Assembly: GCF_009914755.1 (NCBI RefSeq)
Contig: NC_060930.1
Reading direction: 5' to 3' (one strand)
Length of the DNA: 64,000 nucleotides
Source: the human T2T-CHM13v2.0 reference genome, Homo sapiens
Shown here piece after piece: positions 60,553-64,000 of the stretch (within the stretch, counting starts at the first letter, position 1; each line of letters starts with the position of its first letter). Position numbers and translations under genes: made by a program. Under the pieces are notes generated by a model, which was given only the letters and a program-made list of their open reading frames with translations, was not told the DNA's origin and searched no databases.

Positions 60553-61419
60553 CCTGAAACCCTTGCATCAAGCTGCAATTCTTAACAAAATTCCACCTTA
60601 GTGAAAGAGTAGTCAAAAAAAATCTGCCTGTAGGCAAAGAGAGATAATGAGAAAAACGTCTGCTCTGCTCAGCTATAGCTCCAAGGCTTCCAGAGAGCTG
60701 TTTTCCCTGAGAATTTGTAATCATTGATCTGCCCTCATGCTGTATGGGCTTAAAATTTACAGCACCTGTGGAAAAACGCTACACCATGATAACAATTAAA
60801 GTGGTCCCAGGTTGGAAGGACACTCACCGTCAGCAGAGAGAAAAATGCAAATCTATTCTAGAGGAAAGCAGCCTCAATCCTGCCACTCAAGATTCTCATA
60901 ATCTTCAGCCAAACATGAACTTACAACTAAAAAAAGGACCAAATACATGAGGAAGTAAGTAAGTATGAATGAAACTCGATTAAAAGGACAAAAAACTACA
61001 TTTACATCCTAAGAACTTGGAATCAGAATCAAAATTAACTCCAACGATTATGCATGAAATGTTTAAAGAAACAAAAGACAATAAAAATGAGCAGGGAACA
61101 AATGACTCCAAATATGACCCAAGGTGTGTCTATGAAAGAGACCTTTAAAATGTGTTCCTCATTAATAAGTAAAAAACGGTTGCACTCACCACAGAAAGCT
61201 ATTGAATTGAATAACTGCCATACAACAGACCAGATGTTCACACAGAAAAATGGATGGGACTGAAAAACACAGTGCCATGTGGAAAAAGGTAAGAGACAAA
61301 ATGAAGCTTAAAGTACAATGATGCCTATTAAAAATGTATGCATTCAAACCCTCTATATGTTTTAGAGGATCATTCCAAGTAAATGATACATAGGTCACAC
61401 ATTAGAATAATGGTTGGAG

Positions 61420-61972
61420 TGTAATGCCCAACCTGGTTTTTACTAACCCTGTTTTCAGACTTTCCCTCTCCTTTAATCACCTAGCCTTGTTTCCACCTGA
61501 ATTGACTCTCCCTTCGCTAAAAGAACCAGACAGACTCCATCTTGGCTCTTTCGTTGGCAAGCCCTTCCTCAAGGACTTAACTTGTGCAAGCTGAATCCCA
61601 GCACATCCAAGAATGCAATTAACTGATAAGATACTGTGGCAAGCTATACCCGCAGTCCCCAAGAATTCGTCTGATTGGTAACGCCCAAAGCCTCGCGTCT
61701 ATCACCTTGTAATAGTCTTAAAGCCTCTGCACCTGGAACTGTTTACTTTCCTGTAACCATTTATCCTTTTAACTTTTTGCCTACTTTACTTCTCTAAAAT
61801 TGTTTTAACTAGACCCCCCTCCCCGTCCTAAACCAAGATATAAAAGTTAATCAAGCCTCTTCCTCCGGGCCGAGAGAATTTTGAGCGTTAGCCGTCTCTC
61901 AGTCGCCGGCTAATAAAGGACTCTTAATTCGTCTCAAAGTGTGGCGTTTTTCTAACTCGCTCGAGTACAACA
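61420..61972 (+). mobile_element. LTR6A-like (HERVS71) solo LTR
   Basis: Runs tgtaatgcccaacc...gagtacaaca; TATA-like gatataaaa and AATAAA present; near-TSD ggag/agag. Confidence 0.85.
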
Positions 61973-62260
61973 AGAGCAAAGGAAATAGAAGTGCTGAATG
62001 AGGATGAAAGGAGTAAATCAATAATAATAAATGATGGGTGAAAATAAACACAAAAGAATGTTAGAAAGCATGAACTGATGATGAAGCATCTTATGAAGGG
62101 ATGAGTATGGCCAACCCAATCCTCTAAGTCTAAGGACCTCTGCCTGAAAAAAGCAGCAAAATTAAAGGACATCCCCAGATCAGCACAACCCACTACTTTA
62201 CTGGCTCTCACTCTATGAAAAATGTGCAACTACCTAGAGAAACAGGTCACAGAAACAATC

Positions 62261-62712
62261 TGTCAGGCCTCTGAGCCCAAGCTAAGCCACCGTAACCCCT
62301 GTGACCTGCACGTATACATCCAGATGGCCTGAAGTAACTGAAGAATCACAAAAGAAGTGAAATGTAAATGGCCTGTTCCTGCCTTAACTGATGACATTCC
62401 ACCACAAAAGAAGTGAAAATGGCCGGTCCCTGCCTTAACTGATAACCTTGTGAAATTCCTTCTCCTGGCTCATCCTGGCTCAAAAGCTCCCCCACTGAGC
62501 ACCTTGTGACCCCACCCCGCCCGCCAGAGAACAACCCCCCTTTGACTGTAACTTTCCTTTACCTACCCAAATCTTATAAAAACGGCCCCACCCCTATCTC
62601 CCTTTGCTGACTCTCTTTTCGGACTTAGCCCGCCTGCACCCAGGTGAAATAAACAGCCTTGTTGCTCACACAAAGCCTGTTTGATGGTCTCTTCACATGG
62701 ACGCAAGTGAAA
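62261..62712 (+). mobile_element. LTR7 (HERV-H) solo LTR
   Basis: Runs tgtcaggcctctgagcccaagctaagcc...gcaagtgaaa; perfect TSD caatc at 62256-62260 and 62713-62717. Confidence 0.95.
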
Positions 62713-63316
62713 CAATCCTTTGCTGATGAATTCCATTTAGAGAAGTATGGGGTAAGTATAGTAGATTGTGAAATAAAATGATTTTTAATGAACATTTTAA
62801 TTCTCAGATGAAGATACTTTCTAAGTTTGCTCTAATATTTCATTCAGAAGCCTTCAAACTGTCAATAAGGCTATACTCCATTCTCTCAAGAATCAACAAA
62901 CTTTATCATGCATCATTAAATATACATTGTTTTTATTATATTTGTATAAGTGTATAATAGAAAATTACTAGTATTATTTTAATTTCAATACTTAATTTTA
63001 TTAAGTTAATATTCAATAATCAAAATAGTTAATAAGTCATACATCATATCAATTATTGAATAAACAAGGTAAATATGATAGTTATTAAGTAACTATTTTA
63101 TGCCAGAGAGACAGTGTAAGATTTTTAAAATATGAAGGAGACACACAGCATGCATCATGATCTGAGGAGAAAAACTCAACTTATGGAAGGCATTTAGAAA
63201 ATAATCAGTTAGACAATTTCATAATTAACTAAAATTTCAACAGGAATTCAGAAAAGGATAAGAAAAGGTTTTATGAAAAATGGAGCTGAAGCTAACTCAG
63301 GAAAAAGGCAATATAT

Positions 63317-63904
<588 letters not shown>

Positions 63905-64000
63905 TTTTTTTTTTTAAAGCAATATGTGAAAAAGTAAGGAAAAATAGAAAAATATGCACAAGAATATGCTACACATTTACAGAAATGTAAAAAACACAAA

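Noticed and set aside
59693-60724. 343-aa Phe/Leu/Ser-rich and Lys/Arg/Glu-rich ORFs
   Set aside because: Translations of the polypurine tract and the adjacent Alu

Overview
Human (primate) genomic DNA containing the 5' end of SYNE1 (nesprin-1, 6q25) on the minus strand, followed by about 47 kb of repeat-dense upstream intergenic DNA. The gene is recognised from the exon encoding MATSRGASRCPRDIANVMQRLQ (coding 7573-7639, exon 7573-7862). Two probable non-coding 5' exons (15950-16117 and about 16501-16700) lie in a CpG island at about 15.95-16.72 kb. The remainder is mostly transposable-element debris: about 17 Alus, several L1s (two with twin-priming 5' inversions), L2/MIR, MaLR LTRs, class III ERVL gag/pro/pol fossils, and adjacent LTR6A and LTR7 solo LTRs. 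I see no prokaryote-like system, CRISPR array or new protein-coding gene; apart from the SYNE1 exon, the ORF track reflects repeats, GC-rich sequence or chance. The best leads are regulatory or structural: inverted Alus bracketing the start-codon exon, three uORFs in that exon, a homogeneous 57-bp x7 intronic minisatellite carrying a kappaB-like palindrome and a cryptic donor, the LTR6A+LTR7 pair, and oppositely oriented ERVL fragments. Repeat subfamily names come from recall of consensus sequences, not from a RepeatMasker run.
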